DNA of 32,252 bases from Octopus bimaculoides (GCF_001194135.2 NC_068997.1:54338167-54370418), one strand, 5' to 3'. Numbered from the stretch's first letter, positions 9,909 to 23,324 are shown. The notes: generated by a model not told the origin, from the letters alone. Made by a program: numbers and translations.

Positions 9909-12413
9909 TTATCCGATAGAATGGTTCACTGAAAAATGTGGTGATATTGAAACTGGTACCGTTCAAACTAAGGAGCACATGTATAGTGTTCAACCATAGC
10001 ATTTTAACATAATCTCTCGTTTATGACACAGAATAGATAAATTTCAAATAGGCGATGTTAGTTTTAATCTTATACGTGTCCCGTTTAATCCTTGCTTAGA
10101 AGGATCGTGTTTATGTAAGCATAATATTCAGTTATGGCAGTTGTAGATTAGTAATAAACTGAAGGATTAGCAACCAATCTCTATTAATTCCTCCTGTGAA
10201 AAGCTTAAGCAACTAAAAGTTCGCTAGAAAGTTATCGAAGATTGTTATTTCAAAAGTCGGTTTTGTAATCAGAAAACGTTAAGATAATGTCTTATGTCAT
10301 TCGACTGGCTTTTCTACAGAATCAAAAACTAGATGCTTCTTGGAAATAATGGTATAAATCTGTTGGGTGTGTGGATATAATTTTCTTGGTGCCAAGAAGA
10401 TTTTGCTTCCCTTATTTTACCTTGAAACTAAAGCAATATACCCTAAATAGCATCTTTAAAAATAACAGGTGATATTTATTCTTCCTTTGAGTCAGTAACT
10501 AACAAATAATGAATTCAACAAGGTGTTAATATGGATGTTTATTTCTACGCTTGTTCATATTTTTTTTTCTGTGAAACGCCCGAATCGGTATTTTGGTAGT
10601 GCTTCTGTTTCTCTGTTGATGTGTTTTAACCAATCCACGAAATGAATCGGTAATTGTGCTTATCTTGCCTAAAAATCACGTACTTTACTAAGACATCAGT
10701 CTAGACTTGTTATTTAAATTGCTACTAAAATGTGTGTTAAGAATATTTCAAAAATATTACATTGGCGATCTAATTGCTTCCTTTCTCATTAAAACTCACT
10801 ACATTTTCTTTGCTAATTGACTGTATTTCAAAACATCTCGTTTCTATTTTTTCGTCTTCTTCGTTGCTCAGCATTTTTCCTTTTCTAATTGGTTTTATGG
10901 AGATGCTATCAGTTTGCTGTCTGAATAATTTACTCACAACAACTTGCTACATACTAGAAATTTAGAAACTTACTTGAATAAAATTGTCGCATTCAATTTA
11001 CAATGGTATATCACCTTAACCTATGTAATTTCCAGTCGGTGTATAAAGGAGGGGATGTATTCAAAATGTCTGGTTGTATCTTAACACTGCCGTCATCCCA
11101 ATCGATACTTCGGTCTTTTATGAATGAAACCTCTTTCTGCCCCTCATTCTCTCCTTCCGTTCTATCTCCCTCTCTATCTCCTTTCCTCTGTATCTCCCTC
11201 TACCACCCTCTCTTTTTCCCTGTCTTTCTTTTTCTCTGTCTCTGTCTGTCTGTCTCTCTTTCTCGCTCGCTTATTTTATCACACCGTTTAATTTCTTTTG
11301 TTTAATTTGGTTTCGCTTTTTTAATCAGTTTATTAACCCACAGCTGACACAGAAGTTATTTGATCGTGTAACGTTTGGACAGCGTCTATCTGAGTAAAAA
11401 AATATTTCTCGCCTAAGCATAAATCTACTGAGTTAGGTCAACTATTAATTTGGATGTGGTGACAATCATGCCTTTACAAAGCTTTGGCAAATGTAATTAA
11501 ACCAATTGTTGGAGCTCAGATTAGTGTGAACTTTCAGCTGCAACACTAAGTCTATTTGAAATAATATAGAGCCAAAATTATAGAATCCTCGTTAGAAGGT
11601 CTTCCGGAAAACTTGCTTACAACATTTACATTGGAGGTTTTAGTATAATAAATATAAATCTGGAAACTGCTTCGAAATTCATCAATGTTAAACCCGGAAG
11701 CTTGTCCGTTTGTTATCATAATCACAGAGGAACTAAATGTGACTAATAATTTTTATTTGGATAAGGCACAGTCTCAATGGAATAAGTATTTTATATTTAT
11801 ATTAGCTTTGTGATATCGGTTTCAGAACAATCTCCGTCGTTTCCAAACTTTTCTGTGTAACTTCTTCAATTCACTTAACTTCCGGTTATGTAAGCTATTG
11901 TTTATAACAAGGATACTTTAATCCACTATATTTATACCAATTGTCTCATTTCTAGCATTCAGTTCAGTATTTTTAATGTTAGTAGAACTTTCCCATTGTA
12001 ATATTTTTTTCCTTTTATTCTTCATTTCTTAGTATTATATCTTAATCATTTCCACAACCAACTCCAAACTGTTTTTATGCACATCTCTAATGTAATTCCC
12101 TGGTGTCACACTTTAATTTAATATACTCAGTTTTAGTAAATCAACCTCTTCTAGAACCTTTGTCACTTATCTCTAACGCCATTTGCAAGTCTTCGTATGC
12201 TTGTCAACTGAGAAAAGTCTTCCGTAGATATGATACAAACCATCCACAAAAAAGATAGTTTATAATAGTTTCTCCGTAGCGTTTATGACCAATGATGGTT
12301 CTATGTATTACATTTGCCAATAGAGTTAGTTAATATAAATAAAGCTTGTTAAAATAATTTGAATATTAGAGGCGTTAATGGGTTCAAATATTATCTTTTT
12401 TGCTTTGGACTGA

Positions 12414-12473
<60 letters not shown>

Positions 12474-12489
12474 TACTACTACCGAGCTC

Positions 12490-12660
12490 AGCCTGTGTGC
12501 TTGCTGAATCGTTAAAACGCCGAGCAAAATGTTGAATAGCATTTCGTCTGTCTTTTCGTTCTGAGTTCAAATTCCGCCGACTGGAGTGGATCTAATCGAC
12601 TTGACACCTACTCTAAAATTTCAGGCCTGGTGCCTCTTTTAGAATGAATTATTATTACTA
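12490..12660 (+). mobile_element. Octopus-type SINE, internally deleted
   Basis: gctgaatcgttaaaacgccgagcaaaat...gttctgagttcaaattccgccga jumps directly to ctggagtggatctaatcgact; the middle part seen in the 147-379 copy is missing. Confidence 0.8.
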
Positions 12661-12689
12661 TTAGTATTGTTAATTTAGTAGGAATATTA

Positions 12690-13022
12690 TTCTGCAATTT
12701 AGTGATAAAGCACATGAATATTCCTTAGGATTCCTGCAGAGAATAGGCTGACACCTTCCTGCAGATCCATAATCTCTTCCAATATCCAAGCAGTTTGGGT
12801 TTTGTGTAAATTGCACCAATTACCACTGGAACAATGTCAATGTCTTTTTCCACAACCACTTCATCGCTCTGGTAAAAATTTCTTATTTTTGTCAATTTCT
12901 TTCATACCCAGACCATTATCACATTGTATTGCAAAGTGTCTATGATCTTGCTCTTTCTGTTGGCCTTTTTGTATCCTCTACGATCATATTTAGTCTCTTT
13001 GCTTCAACAGTATGGTCAGTTT

Positions 13023-13025
<3 letters not shown>
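12690..13025 (-). mobile_element. Decayed 3' end of a restriction-like-endonuclease non-LTR retrotransposon (R4/Dong-like)
   Basis: Three frameshifted minus-strand motifs in the expected order: ETDHTVEAKRLNMIVEDTK (cf. TD..IEARRPDIVV.DK), DIDIVPVVIGA (cf. IPVVIGALG), LQEGVSLFSAGILRNI (cf. LQK..LLGTARILRKVL). Followed by a TAA-rich tail. Confidence 0.7.
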
Positions 13026-13090
<65 letters not shown>

Positions 13091-13105
13091 GCTACTACTA
13101 CTACA
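13023..13105. repeat. (ACT)n microsatellite; (ATT)n also at 12418-12482
   Basis: Read directly. Confidence 0.97.
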
Positions 13106-13654
13106 ACTTTTATCATCATCGTTATTATCATTCGTATTATTTTCATTATTACTTGCTTTATTTTTTTCCTTCTTTCTGTCATTATTTGTGACTCAGCAAA
13201 CATCGCAGACGACATTTTTTCCTGCAGCTATAAGAACAAACCAAATGAAATCTGTAGTTGGTTATGCATGAAATTGGCGGCTTTCTATTACATTATTCCT
13301 ACCAAATCCGTAGCCAAATTAGTGTCTTATTCTACTTTATTGTAAATGTTTCTTAATTCTTTCGAACAAAAAAAAGTAGGAACACATATTGATCAGACTT
13401 CTATTTGTTTTTCATCCTTTGTGGGAACTTTTAAAGAGAAATAACATTTAATTATTACACAAGATGAATTTCCTTCTATTCTGCTGTACCGGAAGAATAA
13501 AGTAGAAGATATCACATATAGTTGCTTTGATTTCCCTTTAGCTGTGTCTCTCTTTGATCATTTAATCAATCATAATCAGGCTTGTCTTAAAGATCTCTCT
13601 CTTACGTAGAAAGGTTCATGATAAGGTCTCTTACCACAAAGCACAACGGATTAA

Positions 13655-13795
13655 TCTCTTAAGCGACCAAACGAGTATCTGCGTAGAAGTTCGACCTCCT
13701 AGAAATAGCAGCCATATCTCACTGAACACGAAACCATACTGTCTTCAAAAGGAGAAAATGCATTTATCAAGGATAATGTTGTCATTCCTAGACAT
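13655..13795. repeat. Dispersed octopus-type repeat fragment (same family as 8048-8115)
   Basis: cgacctcctagaaatagcagccatatctc...accatactgtcttcaaaagg...ggataatgttgtc shares its core with 8048-8067. Confidence 0.55.
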
Positions 13796-14627
13796 ATTCT
13801 ATGTTTCAAAAGATTGTATGATGGCAATCTCAAAGTCTTTGATCATTAGTCACTTTAGTCAATGATCAAACACCGCAACCAACAACAACAACAACAACAA
13901 CAAAAACAGCGACAACAGAACTCATAATCTCCTTGAATAGATTGAAATCTTAAGTAATGGATGAAGTGATTTGATATTAATTATATAAACTAGTAACTAC
14001 ATAAGCTTAACTATTGTGTCTCATGCAGATGGCATCACTGAGACATTTCTTTCATTGACCCATGGCTTTTGAATATGCTAATTATTCACAGCTACTTGCA
14101 TACGACATTTTACATCTAATTAGTTAACTATTTCATCATGATTTCGATTAGTACGGTAGCATCAATTCACTAAGGAGGCTTAACAATACTGAAATACATT
14201 GACAGCAGTCTCCCGATGTCCTTTAATAATAATTAACCATTAATCAATATTGTGTCATTTATTATATAATTATTTTAAAATTGCTATTAGCTTTTTTGAA
14301 ATCAATTACATTAAGTACTTTTTGAGTAATTAACTCACACCTGGGTTTCGTGAGGTAAATAATGAGAAAATATTCTGGGAAACATTTCCAAAAAGTGAAA
14401 CCATTCTTGGGACTCCTTATTTTTAGACATAAATGTCTGCTCAGAATAACATCATGATTATAATAATTTCAGACCTATTGTTATCATATTTATTTTATTG
14501 AAATATGGTTGGATGGGAGACATACTTTTCTAAATACTATTCATATTTATACATTTTCATTTTCGGTGTTAGTGTTAAAGTCGTTGCTGTTCTTGCTATA
14601 GTAGTTGTTATTGTTGTTGTTGTTGTT

Positions 14628-14660
<33 letters not shown>

Positions 14661-14918
14661 GATGATGTTATTGTCATTGTACTTACTTCTACTGTCATTG
14701 TTGTTGTGTGCTGTTACTGTTGCTTTGCGTACACAAGTTTGTGTTGAGCAAATAATTAATTGCGAAGATGAAATCGGTTGAGAAAGGAACCAAATTGGTA
14801 CACGATAATCAATTTATGAAACTAAAGAACGGTGCCAACATATGTACATTAAGACTGTGAAAATTAATAACAATTTCAGTGAATTATAGCAAACAGAAAC
14901 ATGGAATGAAATATGAAT

Positions 14919-14957
<39 letters not shown>

Positions 14958-15584
14958 AATAATAATAATAATAATAATTACACAGCAATTTCTAACGCCA
15001 TTTAATATTTTGGTTCAGTAGCTTAATTGCAGAGAAATGAATTATTATTTAGACAGTGAAAAAAGAAAATAGCAAACATCAAGTGCGTATGGTGACCTGC
15101 GATGAAAAGGAAATTAATGGAATATTTAATAAGAGGGAATAGTTTGAGTGTTGATATGAAATCACATCAGTTAATAGTGAGTCCCTTGTAAAGTATTTAG
15201 ATATTTCGTTGGATATTATTAAAACATACAGCTGGAAAGAGGAAATAAAAAATATTTTCATTCCAGTTTATTAATGAAAAGTAAGAGAGAATATTGCTGT
15301 GTATTATTTGCTACAAATACTGTATTAAAGAGGAAATTGTCTCGTAAATTAGACCAGGTGTGGCAGAAGAGTACTCTAGACTGGGATAAAAGTGGTTTTC
15401 TCAAGAAGCCGTGCCGTGGAATAATTCCCAAGAAGCCGTGCCGTAGAAGACAGGAATAATTAAAAAAACAAAAAAAACACCGAAGGATTTCTATCAAATT
15501 CCGGTATCTGAAATATTATGGAGGAGAGTTTGACTGATGTTTGAAGTCTTTCTGGTGTGAACGACTGAACAATACCATGTTTGT

Positions 15585-15858
15585 GCAGGAGCAAAGAACC
15601 CCACCCCCACTCCGCACACACACAAATTGTGGTCTACACATATATTGAAGATCTGATCAAAGAGTATTGGGGCTGCTGCTATAAAGAGAAAACTACAACA
15701 CTTATCAATTGGTCATGCAGCCTCCGTTAGAGTAGTCGCCTTCACAAGCCTCATCCTGCGCCATGTGCATTTACGGCAGCATTCCTGGGACTCCTGTTTT
15801 GCGATAGCGAGCAACTGCCTCGTCGCTGTCCCTAGGATTACTTCGACGTCTTGAACTT
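15585..15858 (+). repeat. 274 bp direct duplicate of 18492-18764 (flank plus one mariner end)
   Basis: Base-by-base comparison shows 4 substitutions and one 1 bp indel (~98% identity). Confidence 0.95.
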
Positions 15859-17671
15859 ATCATATTTTATTTAAGATTTTCCTCAAACAAATTATGAGAA
15901 ATATCTCTTTTTAAATGATAAAGCCATTCTCTGTGATTCTTTATTTTAATACAAAACGATTCTTCGAAAATAATATCAAAGCTGTAATTACGTTGCCATT
16001 TCATTTCTTTCTTTAACAGGTAGAAGGGTTTAAAATTATACATGTGGTTGTCTACCACATAATTGTTGGCATATTGAGCGCTAATATATTTGATTTAGTG
16101 AAGTAAAACATTTTTACTAATTAAAATTAAATGGTTTGTTTTAATGAAGAAAAGAATTATCTAAAAGAGTAATTTTAATGATGTTAGGTAGGAAGCAATC
16201 TTTATTTGGATTTATATATATTATTAGATTTAGTTTAGAACAGAACAGAATCGAGTCGAGAATGATTCTAGTATGCTACAGTACAATGATAACTCTGTGT
16301 ATATTTCGATCTTATTTGAGGTCATCCTTAGAGCGCTGGAAGTAGAGATAAACATATCGACTGATAAGAGAAAATATAAGATTTTATAGAATAAATATTA
16401 GGTGGAATAGTAATTTAATAATAAACTGACAACAGAAAAACTATTCTCTTGGATGCCAGGGGAAGTTCGTCCTTAAGTAGTTAGTATGCGTGTATCATTT
16501 TCTCCATAGAGTGTAAATACCGTAGACGTACTAAACTGTATTAAATACAAACATACTAGATTTTAATGACAACCTTAATTAGACGTTTACAGTAGATAAT
16601 GGTGAGGGGCTTTTCCTTTAAAGATTACATACTGAATTATAGAGCAAAATATCGATAAGCCGAAAAAAATATAACAAAAAGCAATATCGTCAGCATGAAT
16701 TTATATAAGATTGATTTTAAAATTATTAGTCTACAATTTGTGAAATTTTTTCGAGATGCAAATCATCGCATGGTTGTTCCGTTGTTTATAAATACAAAGA
16801 AAAGTTTTCTATTGAATAACCAGAGAAGGATGCAGGCGAAAATTAATGTGGTTCATTTTAGGAGAATGAGAAAAACTGCTGAAGAAATAAATCTTGCGTC
16901 GAGTTTGAATATCGATTTGTTTGGGCAATTTTCCTGAGAGGCGTCTCCATATTGCTTTCCGCCAACCATTTTATTTGTTGGTCTGTAATTTCTTCCCTAT
17001 TGAAAATCGTCTGACATTCTTAAGTATGTACTTCCATACTTTAGAAAATCAGTGCCTTGTGTTTAGAACAAACAAGGAACCAAAGATCTTCATAACATTT
17101 TAATTCCAATAAATCTATATCGTTTTCCACTGGTATTGCTTTAAATGAAGCACAAAGGGAATTTGCAGGGGTTCTTTACAGAATTACTATTAGTAAGTAG
17201 AATAGCCATTGTTCAATGAAACCATTTCATTGAAAGACGTAGCCAAATATTTAATTACTTCCAAGATGGCACCGTTTCTTTACTGATGCTTCCAACACAA
17301 TCATGTATTATTTCTTCGCAGCCAAACAGGATAATTTCTAGAAACGACTAAAAGAAAATCTCATAGTCCCAGAGGAGGAGACATAAATCTATAAATGTTC
17401 TCTTTTTGATTGTGGATGTAATATAATAAAAACAGCATTTATGTTTGGTCCATAGATTTCCCATTATAGGGCGGCCATTCTATAGAAACAGACTAGTAAA
17501 GTTGGAGCAAATATGTTAAGTTTTCTTTACAAATTCCTATTGTGACGCTGATATTATTTCGCCTGCAAATCAACCTCCAAGACTGTTATGTGTAGATAAT
17601 GCCACATTCGTATACATACACAAACATACAAACACCTACATATATATACATGCATACATACATGCATATAT

Positions 17672-17704
<33 letters not shown>

Positions 17705-17720
17705 CATACATTACGTTTAT

Positions 17721-17822
<102 letters not shown>

Positions 17823-18491
17823 GTATGTAGGTAGGTAGGTATGTATATAGTTATGTATATTCGTAAATATGATATATACACAGTCGAAAGCAGGTAAATA
17901 TTACCAACACGTATGCACATACACACCTACACGTAAGCAGACATGCACATTCATATATACATATAAACATACGTATAAACACGTATATTCACCACTATGA
18001 TTTTTCATCCATACGCACATGCATATATATATATAATTACACACACACACATACACAGTAATACACGAAGCCATAAACATATATACCCATTTATAAATCT
18101 CTTCTAACAAGGTTTAACAAGTGAATCTAAATTCACTTCATATAATTTCTTCCTCTGATATTTCCCGCTAAACAACTTATCACGTTTTTACTCCGCTGAA
18201 ACTAGAAAAGATGCAATTTAAGGATTGGATATATATTTTTGCCAAATTTCATTTCAACACAATCAAAATCTATTTGATTTAAACACAGCCGTTATGGATG
18301 GAACAGCAGCCTCCTTGTCACACTATACGTATCGTTAAGAACTCAAAAACGTGGTGTATTTTCTCTAAGCAAATATCGATATTTAATCGAATTCCATTGA
18401 TGTTCAATTACTGTCTATATTTAGCTAGAAATAAACAATATACTCTTGCATTGCACATCTTAATTACATCTGGGGATTCTTCTTCTATCAC

Positions 18492-18764
18492 GCAGGAGCA
18501 AAGAACCCCACCCCACTCCGCACACACACAAATTGTGGTCTACACAAATATAGAAGATCTGATCAAAGAGTTTTGGGGCTGCTGCTATAAAGAGAAAACT
18601 ACAACACTTATCAATTGGTCATGCAGCCTCCGTTAGAGTAGTCGCCTTCACAAGCCTCATCCTGCGCCATGTGCATTTACGGCAACATTCCTGGGACTCC
18701 TGTTTTGCGATAGCGAGCAACTGCCTCGTCGCTGTCCCTAGGATTACTTCGACGTCTTGAACTT
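18492..18764 (+). repeat. Second copy of the 274 bp duplication
   Basis: See 15585-15858. Confidence 0.95.
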
Positions 18765-19108
18765 TTGACGTCTTCCACTACGAAGCCTGAACCTTGATTT
18801 GGGTTCTCGCGATTGTTCAGCTGCTATGACCGTTTTGAAAAAGTTTTCGTCTTCCTCGACATAATAAAGGAAATCCTGCGATGCTGAAACCCGATCTTGT
18901 TTTAGAGAAGACCACACTCTACACACTTTACTTCCAAGGGAAGTTAGAGAGGATGCAATAAATCAGTGTTCATACGAGAAAGAGTTCATACGAGAAAGAG
19001 TTCATACGAGAAAGAGTTCAAGTTCACTTTGTGCCTACCGGTTTCACTCCGTGCACTTAAGCTTCGTTACCATAGCAAAAAACCCGAACTTTTTGATAAC
19101 AACTCGTA
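18551..19108 (-). mobile_element. Internally deleted non-autonomous mariner (~560 bp) with degenerate TIRs
   Basis: Left end tagaagatctgatcaaagagttttggggctgctgctata; right end (rc) tacgagttgttatcaaaaagttcgggttttttgctatg; TA at both ends. Minus ORF 18744-18926 (QDRVSASQDFLYYVEEDENFFKTVIAAE...RQKFKTSK) resembles the mariner region before the first catalytic Asp; a GEYFEGD-like C-terminal remnant (DEACEGDY) lies near the left end. Confidence 0.7.
18968..19020 (+). repeat. Perfect 16 bp tandem repeat x3.3 (gttcatacgagaaaga)
   Basis: Units at 18968-18983, 18984-18999, 19000-19015, plus gttca. Confidence 0.95.
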
Positions 19109-19386
19109 TACACAAACACGGACGTTGACATGCATAGATATTTAAATAAATGCCTAAATATATTCATACACTCACATATCCATACACAGGTACAGCAATC
19201 CAAAGTAATAACCCTCTAATCCATTCCCTACAGTTCGCCATGATAGCTGGGCGAAAAGTGGAATTAAGTTACCCTCAAGAAATTTCAAGGGTGAATCGTT
19301 AATTCGCAAAGGGAGAAGAAAAGTCACAAATATTTATATATATATGCGTATGTATGTATGTTTATATATATGTATATATTTATGTG

Positions 19387-19478
<92 letters not shown>

Positions 19479-20005
19479 TAGATAGATAGATATATAGATA
19501 TATAGATAGATAGATATATATGCATGTATGAATGCATATGTGTTTCTATGTATATGCATGTATCTGTACATATGTTTGTATGTATGTATGTATGTATGTA
19601 TATATATGTAATTATACGCACAAAAAGAAGTTTTAATGAAAATTTATTACTAGTTATATTTGTTTTTTACTTTCTCACGCTTCATTCTAAAGTCCAACGC
19701 CCCTCAACAAAATATAGCTACGCCTCACGTTGAGAAATTCAAGTCTGTATGCGGTCAATTTTCGGTTTCTCCTTCTATCCGGAATTATCATTGTTTCGAA
19801 AAATGGTTCACATTCTTTCTTTCTCGATTCGTTTCATTGTTCCAGTCGTCATTTTCCTTTATATTTAAATCCAACGCAGATTCTGTTAAACTCGTTTCTA
19901 TTTTGAAATTGACTTTGGATTTAATTTTTTTTAAATTCATTTCTGGATATATTGAACTTTCTGTCCGATGTTGGTGTCGCATTTCGAACTCCATAATGTA
20001 CTCAC

Positions 20006-20087
20006 GGAAATAGTTAACAAAATAAAAAATGAAAAAAACTAATGTCGGCGCTAGTTTAACAGGCGGTCGACATTGCGACATCGCCAT
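20006..20087 (-). CDS. Candidate first coding exon, MAMSQCRPPVKLAPTLVFFIFYFVNYF (+1 nt), signal-peptide or signal-anchor-like
   Basis: Minus strand cacttccgctATGGCG...AACTATTTCC|gtgagtac. Consensus GTGAGT donor, phase 1 intron after a hydrophobic stretch, inside a local CpG cluster. Confidence 0.55.
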
Positions 20088-20180
20088 AGCGGAAGTGTAA
20101 TAAAAGTAATGCGAAAGAAAAGTGAAAAGCGGAAATGACGAAGCGATTCTGAAGAAAAATAAAACAACAAAAAACGGGTC
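20041..20180. promoter_or_regulatory. CpG-rich promoter-like segment with ETS and ETS/CRE-like motifs
   Basis: 11 CpG in 20041-20160 against an AT-rich background; gcggaagtg at 20089-20097 and gcggaaatgacg at 20129-20140. Confidence 0.5.
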
Positions 20181-20341
20181 CAAAGTTCAAACCATGTTGA
20201 AATCAAGTTGAGTATATCGTGAAAAATAATACACACACGCACATATATATATATACATGTGTATATTTACTTACAAATAGACTTACACACACCTACGTAC
20301 ATATATATATATAGACATACGTACATATATATAAGACATAC

Positions 20342-20385
<44 letters not shown>

Positions 20386-21524
20386 NNNNNNNNNNNNNNN
20401 NNNNNNNNNNNNNNNNNNNNNNNNNNNNNNNNNNNNNNNNNNNNNNNNNNNNNNNNNNNNNNNNNNNNNNNNNNNNNNNNNNNNNNNNNNNNNNNNNNNN
20501 NNNNNNNNNNNNNNNNNNNNNNNNNNNNNNNNNNNNNNNNNNNNNNNNNNNNNNNNNNNNNNNNNNNNNNNNNNNNNNNNNNNNNNNNNNNNNNNNNNNN
20601 NNNNNNNNNNNNNNNNNNNNNNNNNNNNNNNNNNNNNNNNNNNNNNNNNNNNNNNNNNNNNNNNNNNNNNNNNNNNNNNNNNNNNNNNNNNNNNNNNNNN
20701 NNNNNNNNNNNNNNNNNNNNNNNNNNNNNNNNNNNNNNNNNNNNNNNNNNNNNNNNNNNNNNNNNNNNNNNNNNNNNNNNNNNNNNNNNNNNNNNNNNNN
20801 NNNNNNNNNNNNNNNNNNNNNNNNNNNNNNNNNNNNNNNNNNNNNNNNNNNNNNNTATATATATATCATTGTGTGTATGTGCGTGTGAATATGTGTATAT
20901 GTGTAGCTACGCGTGAGATGTATATATGTTTGTGTGTGTTTGTGTTATAATGATTGGTATATACTGTAGTTAACGTTGTCGTAGAAGTTGTTGTTGTTGT
21001 AGATGATGTTGTTGGTGTTGTTGTTGTCATCGTCGTCGTCGTGATCTCTGAATATTTCCTGGCCGACCGCTGAAACAACTGACATCTCAGACGATATTCT
21101 TCTTCAATTCATTACGACCTGGATCCATACTTAATGACCTCCGTGTCATTCTTGTTCGTCCGTCCATTATTCATCTGCTGGAATTTATGCATATATTTAT
21201 AATGCACCTATGATGCATCGACGGCCCATTATACAAATGTGTGGCTGCGGTGTGTCGATACACATATATACATCTGTACACATTTTACATATATATTGCA
21301 ATTTGCATATATTGATTGTGAGATGGAGGTCATGAGCGTATTTCTGCATATGCTTATACATACATACACACGTACATACGTATATATATAAATATATATA
21401 TATATACATACATATATATATATATATATANNNNNNNNNNTATATACACACTTATATGTATGTATATATTCATATACATACATACACCAATACACACACA
21501 CTCACACACGTACTCACACACACA

Positions 21525-21567
<43 letters not shown>

Positions 21568-21776
21568 CTTATGCACACATGTCTATGTGCTTGTATTCAA
21601 TTTTACCAATTTTGGCAGATTTTGGCTGAAGAAGGCGATTAAATATCTTAAAGAATGAGAAGGAGAAACAGGAGAAGCAAGAGAACAAAACAGTGGAGAA
21701 GGGGGAGGGGGTAGAGAAGAAGAAGGACAGGAGAAAGGGGAGGAAAAATAGGACGAAGATGAGTCCTTTATGTTAC

Positions 21777-22040
21777 CAGAAGCCAGCTTCACTCATGCTG
21801 TGGGCCGCAGTTGCATCTGATGGATCCAAGTCTCCCTTGATCGTCATCGATGCTGGCGTCAAGGCCAGTGTTACCCTGGTTCACACAAACTTTGGTGACC
21901 GTTACATCTTCACTCAAGATGAGGCTTCGGCCCACGCATCTAATTTGATACAGAGGTGGTGAAAATAACATTGCAGCGGTTTTAGGTCAACACCATATGG
22001 CCTCCCCGAAATCCACATATCAATCATATGAGGTTTAAAT
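21777..22040 (+). mobile_element. Internally deleted Tc1/maT-like transposase fragment
   Basis: QKPASLMLWAAVASDGSKSPLIVIDAGVK...FGDRYIFTQDEASAHASNLIQRW* then WPPRNPHINHMRF (cf. VMVWA, QQDGAPAH, WPPSSPDLNPMDF). The segment between GVK and FGDRY is shortened. Confidence 0.85.
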
Positions 22041-22041
22041 C

Positions 22042-22099
<58 letters not shown>

Positions 22100-23201
22100 A
22101 TGTATATATATGTAAATATATAAATATTTATGTATATACATATGTATCTGCATATGTGCGTATAGAGGGAGATACAAATTGATACATATACAATTTATAC
22201 ATATGTATGTGTATGTGTATGCGTGCTTATTTATATATATATATGTGTGTGTGTCTGTGTGTATATGTCTGTATATATATGTGTGTGTGTGTGTATACAT
22301 ATGCATATACATACAATGGAAGTGATCAATGAAGTGCGTTGGTCACTATATAGCATAATATAATAAGTAGTTTAAGAAGGTTCCGAGTGAAATACGTTAT
22401 GTTTCAAGAAGGAACACATTGCGTTTCTGAGAACGTACTGCATTCGTAAAACTGTAACCCGTTGGTGGATTAACTAGAATATTAAATAAGAAGCAATTTG
22501 GATCCTTTCTTTATATATACATACTAACGAATAAGAAGTTGATTGTTAAGCAGGTAACGAGAAATTTATATGTCAGAAAATCTCTTAGAAGGAAAAGTCT
22601 GTATGTTTTGCAGTAGAGCAAGGCCATATTAAAAAATATACAAACAATAAATTGCTGATTTTATCAGTTATAACAATATGCACATGATCATTGGAGACCT
22701 GCGGTCAAACATTTAACCTACACAGCATTGTTACCATCATTTCATTCTGATGATGAGACCATGAAATTCTTGAATAAACTAAAAGATTAAGGAATACTAT
22801 AACTCCTTGACTAAACACAAAGTATTACGAAGAAAGCATAAAATCTCTTGTATGTGTTATATATCATCACTTTATGATAACACTTTAAAAAGATTACAGC
22901 TCCACTTACACACATAGCTGCATATATGTATGTATGAATGTATGAATGTATGTATGTAGGTAGGTAGGTAGGCAGGCAGGCAGGTAGGCATGTAGGTACG
23001 TACGTATCTTCTATATGTATTCTGCGACCTGCACAGTTGTAGATTCTAACCAAATGAAATTCTATAATAGAAATTCTCATCACAGTTTCCCTTTAGCTAT
23101 ACAGAAATACTCATGGAGTTTTAAATAATGCTTTTTTTGTCGTTCGATTTAAATCTATATGATACTGTATAATTATATAAGTGTGTGTATGTGTGTGTGT
23201 G

Positions 23202-23232
<31 letters not shown>

Positions 23233-23324
23233 TTATAAATATATGTACTTATCTATGTACTTATGTGTTTGTATACATATAGATATATGTTGATGTGTAT
23301 GTGTGCATAAACAGACAGGCATTC

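Noticed and set aside
5090-10120. Several plus-strand micro-exon-like AG...GT patterns (~5092, ~7757, ~9920, ~10101)
   Set aside because: Such patterns are expected by chance in AT-rich DNA, lack supporting frame evidence and oppose the better-supported minus-strand gene.
11480-12300. Non-repetitive, purine-skewed stretch as a decayed ORF
   Set aside because: The open frames I translated are at most ~55 codons with no recognisable motif.
17212-17234. Perfect 10 bp hairpin ttcaatgaaa-cca-tttcattgaa
   Set aside because: Short and AT-rich; expected by chance in 32 kb.
18968-19020. CRISPR-like or iteron-like array
   Set aside because: Units are directly adjacent with no spacers, the DNA is eukaryotic and there are no cas or rep genes.
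19788-20183. 131 aa minus ORF as a single-exon gene
   Set aside because: Better explained as 5' region plus a 27-codon first exon reading through the GTGAGT donor into intron; the remainder is K/N/E-rich intron-like sequence.
22737-22772. CTGATGA...GAAA (ctgatgatgagaccatgaaattc) as a hammerhead
   Set aside because: No stem II closing pair, no room for stem I and no valid stem III/cleavage arrangement.
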